64,000 bases of DNA, from the NCBI GenBank assembly GCA_964016885.1, contig OZ024743.1, forward strand, positions 71,424,001 through 71,488,000. The letters run 5' to 3'. The notes under the pieces are model-generated. The model was not told where the DNA came from, did not search any database, and saw only the letters and a program-made list of their open reading frames with translations. The DNA is from Eledone cirrhosa (Eukaryota). Both the position numbers and the translations under genes were made by a program. Positions 28,310-41,800 of the stretch are shown here, piece after piece (within the stretch, counting starts at the first letter, position 1; each line of letters starts with the position of its first letter).

Positions 28310-28865
28310 AGGTATACATTACGTGTTCTCTTTAGAAAACAAAATCAACGCCAAGGCACAAATGCAATCACGATCTTTGAACAAGCAATGTAGCAGTTCA
28401 TACACTTTGTCATTTCGAAACTACTTTGTGGACTACGATGTTTTATTTTAAAGCTGCACAAGAATATATCCAAGTGACCTCTGGTAAACCACTGAAAATC
28501 TACAAAACAAAAATAGCCATGGACTTTAACACCCTTATCTTAACAACAGATGACATTTAATAGCCAGGATTATCTCGAGTTGAGATCAGGTATACATTAC
28601 GTGTTCTCTTTAGAAAACAAAATCAACGCCAAGGCACAAATGCAATCACGATCTTTGAACAAGCAATGTAGCAGTTCATACACTTTGTCATTTCGAAACT
28701 ACTTTGTGGACTACGATGTTTTATTTTAAAGCTGCACAAGAATATATCCAAGTGACCTCTGGTAAACCACTGAAAATCTACAAAACAAAAATAGCCATGG
28801 ACTTTAACACCCTTATCTTAACAACAGATGACATTTAATAGCCAGGATTATCTCGAGTTGAGATC
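28310..28865. repeat. 278 bp tandem duplication
   Basis: 28310-28587 repeated at 28588-28865 with no differences seen by eye. Confidence 0.92.
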
Positions 28866-29035
28866 ATCTAGAAGGGAGATCTTCTAGAAGAGAGATCATT
28901 GATCATTTAGAACAGTGATCAACTAGAGCTGAGATCGTCTAGACCGGTGCTCATCTAGAGCCGAGATCATCTTCAGCAGGGTTCATCTATAGTGGGGGAT
29001 CATTTAGAATAGATATCATCTAGAGCTGCGATCAC
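28850..29035. repeat. About 17 bp minisatellite
   Basis: Repeats of gagatcatctagagc. Confidence 0.7.
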
Positions 29036-29319
29036 TTAAATGGAAAAAACACAAAATATTCCTCTGATATAACATTTCAGTGGATAAATAATGGGGTAAA
29101 TAATGTTATTATGTGGCGAATATGCATTCCCTATGACAGTTCCAGAAGTATTTAATTCCCATAAGGAGTGAAAAACATAACGATGGAAGCCCTTGCTCTT
29201 TGAGCGCGAGAAAGAGAAAAAAAATTGGTGTTGCTGCATTGACTGTAATCCAGCAAAATATAATATATTAAATACATAAAATATGTACTCGGCATTGATA
29301 TGTTTGATGCTGAGTAATG

Positions 29320-30060
29320 CATGGCTGAAATGAAAATCAGTGCTGCGAAAACTGAGACACGCGTCCTCTCAATGAAGCCTGCGCAGTGTACTCTGTATGT
29401 GAATGAATTTCCACTGAAGCAGGTGGAGAGGTTCAAATATCTTGGGGACGTCTTCACGAGTGATGGAAATCAGGAAGCTAAATTAAGTGCAAGAATTGTA
29501 GGAGCTGATGTAGTAATGCGCCATCTTCACAATTCGGTAATCAAAAGAAGAGAGGTAGGTGTAAAAGTCAAATCCAAAATTTTCAATTCGCTTTCGTGCC
29601 AACCCTTACCTATGGTAATGAATCTTGGGTAATGACCGAAACAATACGATCACGAATATAAGCAACCGAAATGTGGCTCCTCTGAAGGGTCTTTAAAGTA
29701 ACGTTACTCGACAGAGTACGTAGCTCGGAGATCAGAGAGTCACTTCAGGTAAAGCTGTTACTTCTCCGAATTGAGAGATTACAGCTCCGATAGTATGGGC
29801 ATGTGTTTAGAATGTCCCAGGAATGAATCGCTGGACAGATTTTCAGGGCAAAACCAACCGACAGGAGACCCAGTGGTAGACCCCGAGCAAGATGGTTGGA
29901 TAACATCCATGAGCTTGACTGGTCTCGCTTGGGGATCCAGCCGTATCAGTTGGAGACGGTAGCTTCTGACAGGACACATTGGGAGGAGTGTTTGAGGACT
30001 CTGCCCCCATGACTCACTCAGGAATAAGTGCTAGGAGAAGACGAGAAGAAGAAGAAAGAA
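29320..30060 (+). mobile_element. RTE-clade LINE 3' fragment with (GAA)n tail
   Basis: MKISAAKTET...KQVERFKYLG; frameshifted downstream; ends in gaagaagaag. Confidence 0.82.
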
Positions 30061-31206
30061 ATATACTCTTCATGAATGGATCATATTAGACAAATACTTC
30101 AATCTTTGATAAATTTTAATCTGAGCATATTTTGTCTCTCTTGAATTGTGTTTTCCCTAGTTGCTTATTAAGAGAATCAATACTCTGTTTACTGTGACTA
30201 TAATTTATTTTTCAAAGAAATCTTGGCTTTGTCATTTCTGAAAACAGTCTGTCATTCAGTAGCTGATGAAATTGTGTACGGTATAGAAATACAAATTGTA
30301 TTTACGTACGAAAATATTTGCTGCAATTACAATAAATTTCGCCCCAGAAATAAATTTCAGTTTATTTTTGACATCAACACAGCAAAGAACATACCTAACA
30401 AATCCATGAAAAAAATGTCATCATTGTTCCTTACTATAAAACAACAATAAGTATCCCAACATATATATATATAACTATCAATCCTAAAACAGTGATGGGC
30501 ATATACTATTCGTACAACATTGATTGATCTCTACCACAGATATATGAAGCACACATATGATGTATGCAAATATATTCTTTAGCTTCCAAAGATAACATAA
30601 TATATTCAAATCATTGAAAGATTTCGATCAAACCCTTATGAAACCGAACAACAAGAAGGAAAAATAATTTTCTTTTTATAAATACATCTATGTACGGACT
30701 TACATATCGGGAAGCATGTGATGTATCCTTTGTTTCATTAAATTGATTTACTTCTCAAATGGATGATCTGAATGATCTTAAAATGAATCACAAGAAAAAA
30801 AAAATCCTTTTATTAAAGATTTTTAAAGTAAAAATTATTTGAAAGACGTTGAAGATATGCACCGGAAGCTTCCGCTTAATGTCCGTTAATCGGATTTGAG
30901 AGTGTAGTTATTGCATGGGAAATGTGAAGTTCAAGGAGTATATAGTCAGACGTTTCTTTGGACTTCGTCATTTTCCATTCTATATCTGCTCTGTCATTGT
31001 AACTCTGCCATTTGACTCATCGCTATCATCTTTACTGACTGATTTCTTCCGCCATTTTATCGCTTACATCAAATAAAGTGAAAGAAATATATTTGTTATT
31101 TCGTTTTTAGTAGTCCGCACGTAAAACAACTTTTATTTCTATCCACCTCCTCTCTCTATCACTCCTATCTATCTGTCTGTTTGTCTTTTCTCTCTGCTTG
31201 TCAGCC

Positions 31207-31738
31207 TCTGTCTATGTGGTTACGGCTGAGAGAAAGGCGTGCTAAATAACGAAGTAGAGTTTTGATATTCATTTATATTTTGGCTAAAACTGTTTCAGGG
31301 TAACAAGACTCACATTTTAGCCTTGATATAAATGAATATATATATAATAAATGTAATCTGAGTTTTTCGAATATTAATAATAACATTCGATTCATTTGCA
31401 ATTATACAAACAAGCCTCAATTTTATAGTCATGTCAGTAGAATGAACCCTTCATTCTTGCTCTTGTGTTGGCATGTGAACATGAGCAAGAATGAAGGGTT
31501 CATTCTACTGACATGGCTATAAAATTGAGGCTTGTTTGCATAATTGCAACCGAATCGAATGTTATTATTAATATTCGAAAAACTCAGATTACATTTATTA
31601 TATATATATTCATTTATATCAAGGCTAAAATGTGAGTCTTGTTAACCTGAAACAGTTTTATCCAAAATATAAATGAATATTAAAACTCTACTTCGTTATT
31701 GAGCACGCCTTTCTCTCACCCGTAACCACATAGACAGA
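31207..31738. repeat. Long inverted repeat, about 256 bp arms, 20 bp spacer
   Basis: 31207-31462 pairs with 31483-31738; a (TA)n tract follows. Confidence 0.92.
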
Positions 31739-31751
31739 ACGAACATTTTCT

Positions 31752-31830
<79 letters not shown>

Positions 31831-32259
31831 CATGTATATATATGTGTGAATATATATATATATATATATATAATATACATACATATATATGCATATATAT
31901 ATGTATATATAGTATATATTATATATGTTACTATATCATGTGCATGTATATTTATCTGCCTCTATGTTCGTTTATATATTAGGACATGTTTTATAGGTAT
32001 ATATGAATGCGTATATTATGTATAGGTGTGCGTAGATATATATTTGTAAATATTTAATTCTTTATTATTTATTTATTTATTATAATAATAAAGAAATAAA
32101 GAAATATATATTTACAAATATATATCTACACATACTTATACAGCCACAATATTGACTAAATGTTTCTATGTATATTTACACAAATGTACATAAACAGATA
32201 TGCACATACATACATATAGATGATTGCACATACGAATACACTCACACAATCTCTCTCCC

Positions 32260-32308
<49 letters not shown>

Positions 32309-32397
32309 AACACACATACACACGTATAACGATACCTCGCAAAAGCCTCTGTTCACGTCGTATGTGACCCCGGGTACTTTACCCGATATTTTCAACT

Positions 32398-32820
32398 ATT
32401 ATTCTGATTTAGGCACAAGGCCAGCAATTTGAGGGGAGGGCAGATGCGATTAAACAACCACAGTTCATTACTGGTACTTTTCTTTATCGACCCCGTAAGG
32501 ATGAAAGGCAAAGCTAACCTCGGCGGGATTTGAACTTAGAATGGCAAGGGCCGTAACTCTATGCGTCAAAGCATGGCGTCTGACCCTCTACCGATACTGC
32601 CAAATGATTACCAAAATAATAGTTTCTGATTAGGTACAAGGATAGCAATTTTATGTGGTAGGGGAAAGTCGAGTAAATCGACCCCAGTGTGTTACTGGTT
32701 CTTTATTTTATTGACCCCATAAGTATGAAAGGCAAACATAACCTCGGCGGGATTTGAACTCACAGTGCAAAAGGCCGTAACTCGATGCCGCAAATCATGG
32801 TTTTCGACGCTCTACCGATA
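32398..32820 (-). mobile_element. Two tRNA-derived SINEs
   Basis: Reverse complements of the 13528 family. Confidence 0.8.
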
Positions 32821-33524
32821 ATTCACGTTGGGATGGACACATTTTAAATAAAAAAAATGTTTACTAAGCTTCTTAAAGCAAACGTTGTTTACCCTCCTCC
32901 TAGCTACTGGCTAACATCTTCTAAATAGACGGAATTAGTGACCAACGGCTCATTAATGTAGTGGTTAACACACTCACTCGACATTCGAGAACCGCGAGGT
33001 TCGATGCTTCGAAAGAGCTTTTGTTCATATAGTTTCTTTTCCAAGGGTACTTTACCCGATTTTCTCAACTAATATTTATAGAATTCAACTGCGAATTAAC
33101 CTCCCTCACTATATATATACAGTTCAGCTGAATTGGTCTGTCCCGGTTATTCATTGAGCAACATCGGTGAGGTTGGCACCCTTAACTCGCAGTTGGGTGC
33201 GGATGCATTCATATATATATGTGTGTGTCCGCATGTATCTGTGTGTTTCTAAATATATTGTTAATAACTCCCTCTGGTCGAGCAATCTTTGAGGTGTGGG
33301 GACAACTGGAAAGCTTCCATTACTCATACTTCTAGCCTTCTTCACCACCTCTTCTACGGCCTCGATATGAATACCCCCTCCGCCTCTGTGGTATTTTCTT
33401 CGTGGTTATAAGAGGCTTAGCTCTGTTTCTCGACCGTTATATCGCGTGACTATCTCCCCCTCCGCCTTTTGGGATTCTTTCTCACGTCGTGTAGACGCGT
33501 TCTTGAGACTAGTAAAATGAGGTA

Positions 33525-33614
33525 TCCTCTTGATAAGTCGGCAGACCTCGCAGGGACTCTATATCTTTATGATATATTGTTTTTGTTTATGCCACGAAAC
33601 TACGTAGTCGAGGA
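33525..33614 (+). ncRNA. Degenerate hammerhead ribozyme (TTGATAA core)
   Basis: tcctc-TTGATAA-gtcggca...tgccac-GAAAC-TACGTA-GTC-gagga; inverted copy at about 35826-35915. Confidence 0.55.
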
Positions 33615-33690
33615 ATTTAGGAGCAGTTTAGGTATGATACATTTTATTACTAATTATATCTAAATGTTTCTTCTCTCTTCATGATGTATA

Positions 33691-33767
<77 letters not shown>

Positions 33768-33776
33768 ATACATTCT

Positions 33777-33854
<78 letters not shown>

Positions 33855-33855
<1 letters not shown>

Positions 33856-34896
33856 TAGCAGAGGTACCCGGCGTTGCTCGGGTATTAAATAGCAGTTGTG
33901 TATACCATTTATGTCAATACTAGTGCTGCTTCGAAAACTATACTTTTACAAAATCATCGGCTTTTTCCAAAAGGGGGTTCCTGCCCCAGGGGTCCCCTAC
34001 TCAATATGTGCCAATTCTGAGAGTTCACATTTATCTGTAGGACAAACGTAGCCCATGTGTCAAGTTTTGTGAAAATCGGTTGCGAACTCCAGAAGTTATG
34101 ACGTTTTGTTGCATTGCACTGCAGTGCTTCAGTCGACTCCAAAGAAGTGGTTAAAGGGGGTTATCTGCCGGGAGGCCCTATAATCAATATCTGGAGAAAT
34201 GAAATTTCCCATGACCATCCGGAGTACATAAGTAACCTATGTCTTAAGTTTGGTTAAAATAATGTAGAAATGCGTAAAGTTTATACATACGCGCGTGCGT
34301 GCGTGCGTGTGTGTGTTTGTGTTTGTGTATGTATTTGTGCGTGCATATGTATGTGTATGTCCGTCGAGGCATACGTATGTACTGGCCTAAATCTTTACTA
34401 TTTACTTTTACTATTTTAATAACCTCTGTCATTTTCGTTTTCAATTTTATTTACATCATTCTTAAACTCCGGAGCTGGAAATCATTCTGTTATTTTAAAT
34501 AGAATCTTAGTCCAACGACTCCATTTATACCATAAACTTGGTTTTGTCTTTGCATGCAATTGTTCTTCTCGCTCCACATAACGACGTATTATCCTCGCTT
34601 TTTTTCCGTTCATTCACGAACCAAAATATCGTCTTCCTGTTTTCCTTCGGTTGCAACGTTTCTCGAGATATTTACTTCTGCGTTCACAGATTACTCTCAG
34701 TTCAATTTGAATGTGAAATTCCTGTTTCATCGATTTTCTCCGTAACCAAGGAAGCTTGTAGCTTGAAAGTCGACCCAACCCCTCCTCGGGTCATTCTTCC
34801 CAACTGTGTAAATTTTCGTTGCATTCCACCAAGCTGTTTCGACGTTTATCCGACTACACCTACACATACAACGTCCGACCACTTCAAATTTATATA

Positions 34897-34897
<1 letters not shown>
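33855..34897 (-). mobile_element. Non-autonomous Helitron-like element
   Basis: Minus-strand 3' end: hairpin acccg-agcaacgc-cgggt, then CTAG|T. Putative 5' end ctatataaattt near 34897. Confidence 0.6.
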
Positions 34898-34929
<32 letters not shown>

Positions 34930-34932
<3 letters not shown>

Positions 34933-35029
34933 GTGGTCCCAAAGATTGTATACATACTTCAACAGCATTCTTATAAATATTACCTGTACAGGTAATCAAA
35001 ATATGTATACATTTTTGGGACACACACTG
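34930..35029. mobile_element. Tc1/mariner-type mini MITE
   Basis: TA|caggtggtcccaaagattgtatacata ... tatgtatacatttttgggacacacactg|TA. Confidence 0.6.
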
Positions 35030-35155
35030 TATAAATGTATATGGTATATGTGTATGTGTATGTAACAATATCCGTAGGTCTGAAATATGGGGCCTTGAAA
35101 CCTTGGGTAGCGATTTTGTTCCGTGTATGAAGATAAATAAATAAATAATAATAAT

Positions 35156-35221
<66 letters not shown>

Positions 35222-35605
35222 AAAAAAAGATGAAATCGAAAATGCAACTGAAGTCTTATTTTTAAAAATATATATATATTTATTTGGTTCCTTTATCGGT
35301 TTCGCAGTTCCTCTGCTTTTCAAAAGTAGAGTTGATATGGAGGGTCTGTGGTTTTTCTCACATACCACAGCACAGACCCTCCATCTCAACTCTACTTTTA
35401 AAAAGCAGAAGAACTGCGAAACCGGTAAAGGAACCAAATAAATATATATATTTAAAAAAAATAAGACTCCAGTTGCATTTTCGATTTCATATTTTTTTGT
35501 ATATATATATATATATATAACATGAATGGACTGTTATTTTTATTTAAAGACACTTTTTTCATATCCAACCCGCCCGTCCCTAAATCTATTTTATTTGTCA
35601 TTCTT

Positions 35606-35641
35606 TCTTCTGATGAAGGACTAGCGTCCGAAACGTTAAGA
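35606..35641 (+). ncRNA. Minimal hammerhead ribozyme
   Basis: tctt-CTGATGA-a-ggac-tagc-gtcc-GAAACGTT-aaga; AACGTT palindrome. Confidence 0.65.
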
Positions 35642-36539
35642 CCCTTTTTCTGCTATATCAAGCGTTAACCTAATATATACCTTCCATATACTGTACCGAT
35701 TGTGTTGTTCTATCTGTTTACCTTTTCCATACATATATATATATATATATATACATTATGAAGAGAGAAGAAACATTTAGATATAATTAGTAATAAAATG
35801 TATCATACCTAAACTGCTCCTAAATTCCTCGACTACGTAGTTTCGTGGCATAAACAAAAACAATATATCATAAAGATATAGAGTCCTTGCGAGGTCTGCC
35901 GACTTATCAAGAGGATACCTCATTTTACTAGTCTCAAGAACGCGTCTACACGACGTGAGAAAGAATCCCAAAAGGCGGAGGGGGAGACAGTCACGCGATA
36001 TAACGGTCGAGAAACAGAGCTAAGCCTCTTATAACCCCGAAGAAAATACCACGGAGGCGGAGGGGTATTTATATCGAGGCCGCAGAAGAGGGGGTGAAGA
36101 AGGCGAGAAGTATGAGTAATGGAAGCTTTCCAGCTGTCCCCAGACTTCAAAGATTGCTCGACCAGAGGGAGTTATTAACAATATATTTAGAAACACACAG
36201 ATACATGCGGACACACACATATATACATGAATGCATCCGCACCCAACTTTTTATGATATATTGTTTTTGTTTATGCCACGAAACTACGTAGTCGAGGAAT
36301 TTAGGAGCAGTTTAGGTATGATACATTTTATTACTAATTATATCTAAATGTTTCTTCTCTCTTCATAATGTATTTTTAACTCTGATACTGGTTCAGTCTA
36401 GTTCAACTGAATTGGTCTGTCCCAGTCATTCATTGAGCAACATCGGTGAAGTTGGCACCCTTAACTCACAGTTGGGTGCGGATGCATTCATGTATATATG
36501 TGTGTGTCCGCATGTATCTGTGTGTTTCTAAATATATTG

Positions 36540-36645
<106 letters not shown>

Positions 36646-37348
36646 TTATATATATATTTATATATATATATAGGAACGAGTATGACCCCGACGGCTGAGC
36701 TCAAGCCGTTTCGACGGCTAATTCTGGACTAGCCGTCCAGAATTAGCCGTCGAAACGGCTTGAGCTCAGCCGTCGGGGTCCTACTCGTTCCTATTACTCA
36801 CTCTACTACCCTAAGTATTGAGTACTTTGATGCGCTATGGTCCACCTGGTTCCTTACCACATTTCCTTCGTTATATATATATATATATATATATACCACA
36901 CATACATATATATATATATAAACATATGCGAAATCTCTCACTATGCATACACAGGAACATACAGTACATGAGCACATTTATATGTATGAGTGTTTGTGTT
37001 TGTGTGTTTGGATGCTCATATATACACACTTACATATATACATACATACTTATACATATATACACATAACGTAACACACTCCATGCATACATAGAGACAT
37101 TTACGTATGCATACAAAAAGCAAACTCATGCACCCGCAAACATACAAATACATACATACATACATACAGATATACACATATATACATATATAAATTAATG
37201 AAAAGTTGGTAATATTCAATATGTCTCTGATTCTTTTCTAATTTCTATGTTTTTTTGTTCATTAGTTAGTAAAGTCCTTAGAAGTCATTAAAAATAAGAT
37301 CAATAAAGGTTTATCAGTACACGAACTGAAATGTCAAACTCTACTCAC

Positions 37349-37393
37349 CTGTCTAGTTTCGATGGCTTTGAAGTCAATTTCGTAAGATTTCAT
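37349..37393 (-). CDS. Possible first coding exon of an antisense nested gene (MKSYEIDFKAIETRQ)
   Basis: Minus strand aaaaaaaacATG, 15 open codons, then a consensus donor CAG|GTGAGT, in non-repetitive sequence. No downstream exon identified. Confidence 0.25.
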
Positions 37394-37692
37394 GTTTTTT
37401 TTTATATTTATTCCAATCTCTTTGAATTTTCTGTTGCGTGTTTTTTTCTGTGAACTTCTGCTGGTACGGATGTGTCAGGAATAGTTTAGAATCTCTCTTG
37501 AAGAAAGTTTCTAATGGCGCTAACCATTGTTATAAAGAGCTTCTGAATCTCGAAATTACACATAATGAAATCGTTTTCTTTTAGAAAATGTTAAAGCCGA
37601 CATTAGTGTTATGAACAATTTTTTTTCAACAATGATCGCACATTCATACATGCCTACTACATACACATTTACATTCTCAATCAATCATACAC

Positions 37693-37833
<141 letters not shown>

Positions 37834-38132
37834 TATATATAAATGTATATATATACATAAATTATATATAAATTTATATATATATATATATATATATATA
37901 AATTATATATAAATGTATATATATACATAAATTATATATAAATTTATATATATATATATATATATATATAAATTCGATTGGTATCTGACATATAATATAT
38001 ATATACACACGCGTCGCTAGATTTGTTATTTCTGTTTACCACACACATATGTATATGTATATATATATATTTTTATATGTATATATACACATATATGTAT
38101 ACACACACACACACATTGACACACACACACAT

Positions 38133-38214
<82 letters not shown>

Positions 38215-38567
38215 ATGACTTAATCTCAAAATATGATGTATGTATTCACATATTCATATGAGTAGCTAGCTGTAAGAAAAACAATAAAAGGAAAACTAAG
38301 TCGATCTGCAAAGCTAGTGCTACTCAGCAGTAATTATATTATATTTATATACAATATATTATGTTTATATATCAATATATTGTATTTATATAATAATTAT
38401 ATATTTACATAGCGAGAAACATCAGTATTATAAAACAGCTTTTACAGCAACTTGAATAACAGTGGAAAAGTTTTAAACGATATTCCTATAAAAAATTACA
38501 TGTATAATACATTTCATGAAACAATATTGATAACATAACATTTCCTGCTGGGGGTGGGGGGAGGGGG

Positions 38568-38622
<55 letters not shown>

Positions 38623-38879
38623 TTTCATTTATTGGCCACAAGGGCCGACATATAGGGGACAACACAATAGACAGGGACCGTGGGGGTTTACATAGAGATC
38701 GAGTAAGTATAAATAACAAAAAAACAAAAACAAAATAACAATAAAAATACAACAATGAAAGTTCCCCAATAAGAGGTATCACCACCCAGGGTTGACTCAA
38801 GCACCCCACCAGTCCTGAGCCACCCGACGCTCCTAGGGCACCCGGGAAGGGCACCCCTCTCCTTCTCGAATTCACCAGC

Positions 38880-41800
38880 CTACAGGCGCATGATCAGAGT
38901 AGGCCCACTCACGCGGGCCATTCTCGCCACATTCACCCACCTTTCAGTAAATGTACTGGGGGGCAGCACTTCTCTCTCCACCCTCACCTTCCTTTCCAAG
39001 TGAAACTTGAAGAAGTTGATGAGGGATTGGCCGAAGAGAAAAGTGTCTGTCTTCAGTCCTTTCAACCTGGTCCACCATGCAACCTCTTTCGCTACTGCCA
39101 CCAGGCAGAGGAAAATTGCCTGCCCTTCCTGACCAAAAGAAGGCGGCGGGTCAATCTTCACTATGGACTCGGACGATAGCCGGATCCGTTCTACACGCGA
39201 CAATAGCTGTTCGACATAACCCCACAAGTCAGCAATGCACGGACACTGGACGAGTGCGTGCAGAACGGTTTCGTCGCTCTGCGCGCATCTCGGGCAGGTT
39301 CGTCTGACAGCACTTCCGTGCCTGTAGAGTTTATCCCGAACCGGCAGCGCCCCCCGGTAGCACTGCCAAGCGAGGGATTTCTGGAAGTTATCCATCGTCC
39401 CCGGCTCGAAAGTCCTCCGGAACATACTGGTCAGTTCTACTTCGTTGACGCCCAGAGCCTCTCCTAGTACGTCATCGCACTTGCCCTCCACTAATCCTCT
39501 ATAGAAATCTTGAGTGGAAGTTCCACTGACCGCATTGCCCACCTTGCAGAGTGCAGTGAGCGCCTGGCAACATTCCAGATGCCAGTCGCCCAGTCTCGGT
39601 CTCTTCTTGACCCAGGACTGCAGCTCAGTCAAAGAGATGAGCTGCGGAAAGGCCCGTCTAACAAACGGCGACCACACCTGTTCACCGTTTAGGCAAAATA
39701 TCTGGAGATGTCGCAGCCTCAGCGCATGTCTGCGCATCATTAGCCACGGCATGCCCAGCCCTCCACGAAGAGGGTGCTGGCAGCAGATGGACCGCCTCAC
39801 CAACGGGACCCGTCCCCTCCACAAAAATTTGAAAAGGAGCCGTTCCAAATTGGCGAGGCGTGGACGGGGGCAAGGCACGACGGTCAGGCGGTAGTAGATG
39901 ACGGACGCGATGTACGCGTTCGCCACCTCCGCCCGCCCTTTCAGTGATAGCTTTCTCTCAGCCCATTTCTGGGTGAGGTTGGCTATCCTGCTCGTCACCT
40001 CGTCCCAATTCTTATCCACCTGGAGGTCTGGTCCGAACCAAACCCCGAGCAACTTTACCGGTCCGTCTGTCCAGCGCCCAACGACGCTGTTGGACGGCAT
40101 GGACTTGCCTCTCCAGGTGCCGAGCTGCAAGCCCACCGACTTTTCCGGGTTAAGTTTTGCTCCCGTCAACCTTTCATATTCCTCCAAATGGGTGCGGATC
40201 ACCTCGATTTCCGAGGTGTCCGACACCATCACGGTGATGTCGTCCGCATAAGCGGACGCAGCCTTTCTACGTCCCGGTTCGAGCGGGATGCCCTGCAACA
40301 ACTCCAGCTTCCGCAGTAGAGGCTCAAGAGTCAATACGTACAGAAGTGAGGAGAGAGGGCACCCTTGACGGACCGATCGAGAGATCTGAAACGGTTCCGA
40401 GAGGTGGCCATTAACTTTGACCACCGAGCGGATGCCGCTGTACATTGCAGCGATCCAGCTTCTGAAGACGGGGCCGAAGCCAGCCGCCTCGAGGACAGCC
40501 TCCAAGTACCGATGGTCGACCCTATCGAATGCTTTCGATTGATCTAAATTGATCAGAGCCCCACCGAAGCCAGGTTTGCACCCAACCCTCTCTATGATGT
40601 ATCGCATGAGGTGGAGGTTGTCGTGTATGGACCTGGTCGGGATTGCGCAAGTTTGCGCCTCCCCAACCAAATCTTTGACGACAAGCGCCAACCTTTTCGC
40701 TAACACCTTGGCCAAAATCTTAAACTCTGTGTTGAGCAGGGTTATGGGCCTGAAATTATCTAGTGTGTCCCTCTTGTTCTCGTCTTTCCTTATCAGCGTC
40801 ACTACGCCACGGCTCACAGAACTGGGAATGCTCCCGTTCTGCTGCCAGTTGCAGTAGAGCGCTTCGAGGAGATCGGAGAACAAGTCTGGCATATTTACGT
40901 AAAGCTCGTAGGGCAGACCATCCAAACCGGGTGACTTGCGACTCGAGCAGCCGACAAGGGCGTCCTGAATTTCGGCTGATGTTATCGGCTCTTCGCAGCG
41001 CTCAGCGTCGGCCGTCGAGAGGCGTGGCAAGCCGTCGAGGTAGGGACTGAAGTCCGCCGCCATCTCCGACTCACCCATCCTCCCGAACAATCGAGCAAAG
41101 TGCTGGCGAAAGGCCTCACACATCCGCTTGGAATCGCTCAGTTCGTGTCCATCTCGATCCGTCAAAGACCGAATTGTGGTTTTATTTCCACGCTGCGTCT
41201 CTGCAAAGCGAGCCCATCGGGCAGCTTTGGTTCCCTCGTTCCTCAGAGCACGCGCCTTAGCTCTGACAATGCAACCTTCGTGTTTCGCATTGAAGAAATG
41301 GTCTAGTGCCATTCTCGCCGCTAGCACGTCTGTTGCAATGCCACTACAAATAGCCTCGTCTAACTTAGCTATCAGCCCCTCCTCCTTTCTATTTTTCTCT
41401 ATTGCTACTTCTTTGCTAAATCCTATCGAGGTTGCTCTAATCTCTCTTTTGAGTGCCCCCCACCACCTGTTGTTGACAACCCCCCCTGTCAACTTTTGCT
41501 TAACTAAGTTGTTGACCCGGTCCCTGTAAGCTTTACGTGCCGGAAACGACATGTTTAGCTTCCAGTAGCTAGGTCCTAACCTACGTGTCTTATCTAGGTC
41601 GACCATACAGATCACAAGCTTGTGATCTGAATAGGCAACCGTTTTAAAATGTGGACATCCTACACTATTTCTATCTCTTTTCCTAATGAAAATCCTATCT
41701 ATGTACGATCTAGATGACCCTATGCGATTGGTCCAGGTCCATACTGGCGCATTAGGGAAATCTAGTCGGTACCTGTCAGACAGTTGAAACTGGCTGATCA

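Noticed and set aside
30855-31070. ETS-like CCGGAAG and YY1-like CGCCATTTT motifs
   Set aside because: Short motifs alone do not support a promoter call.
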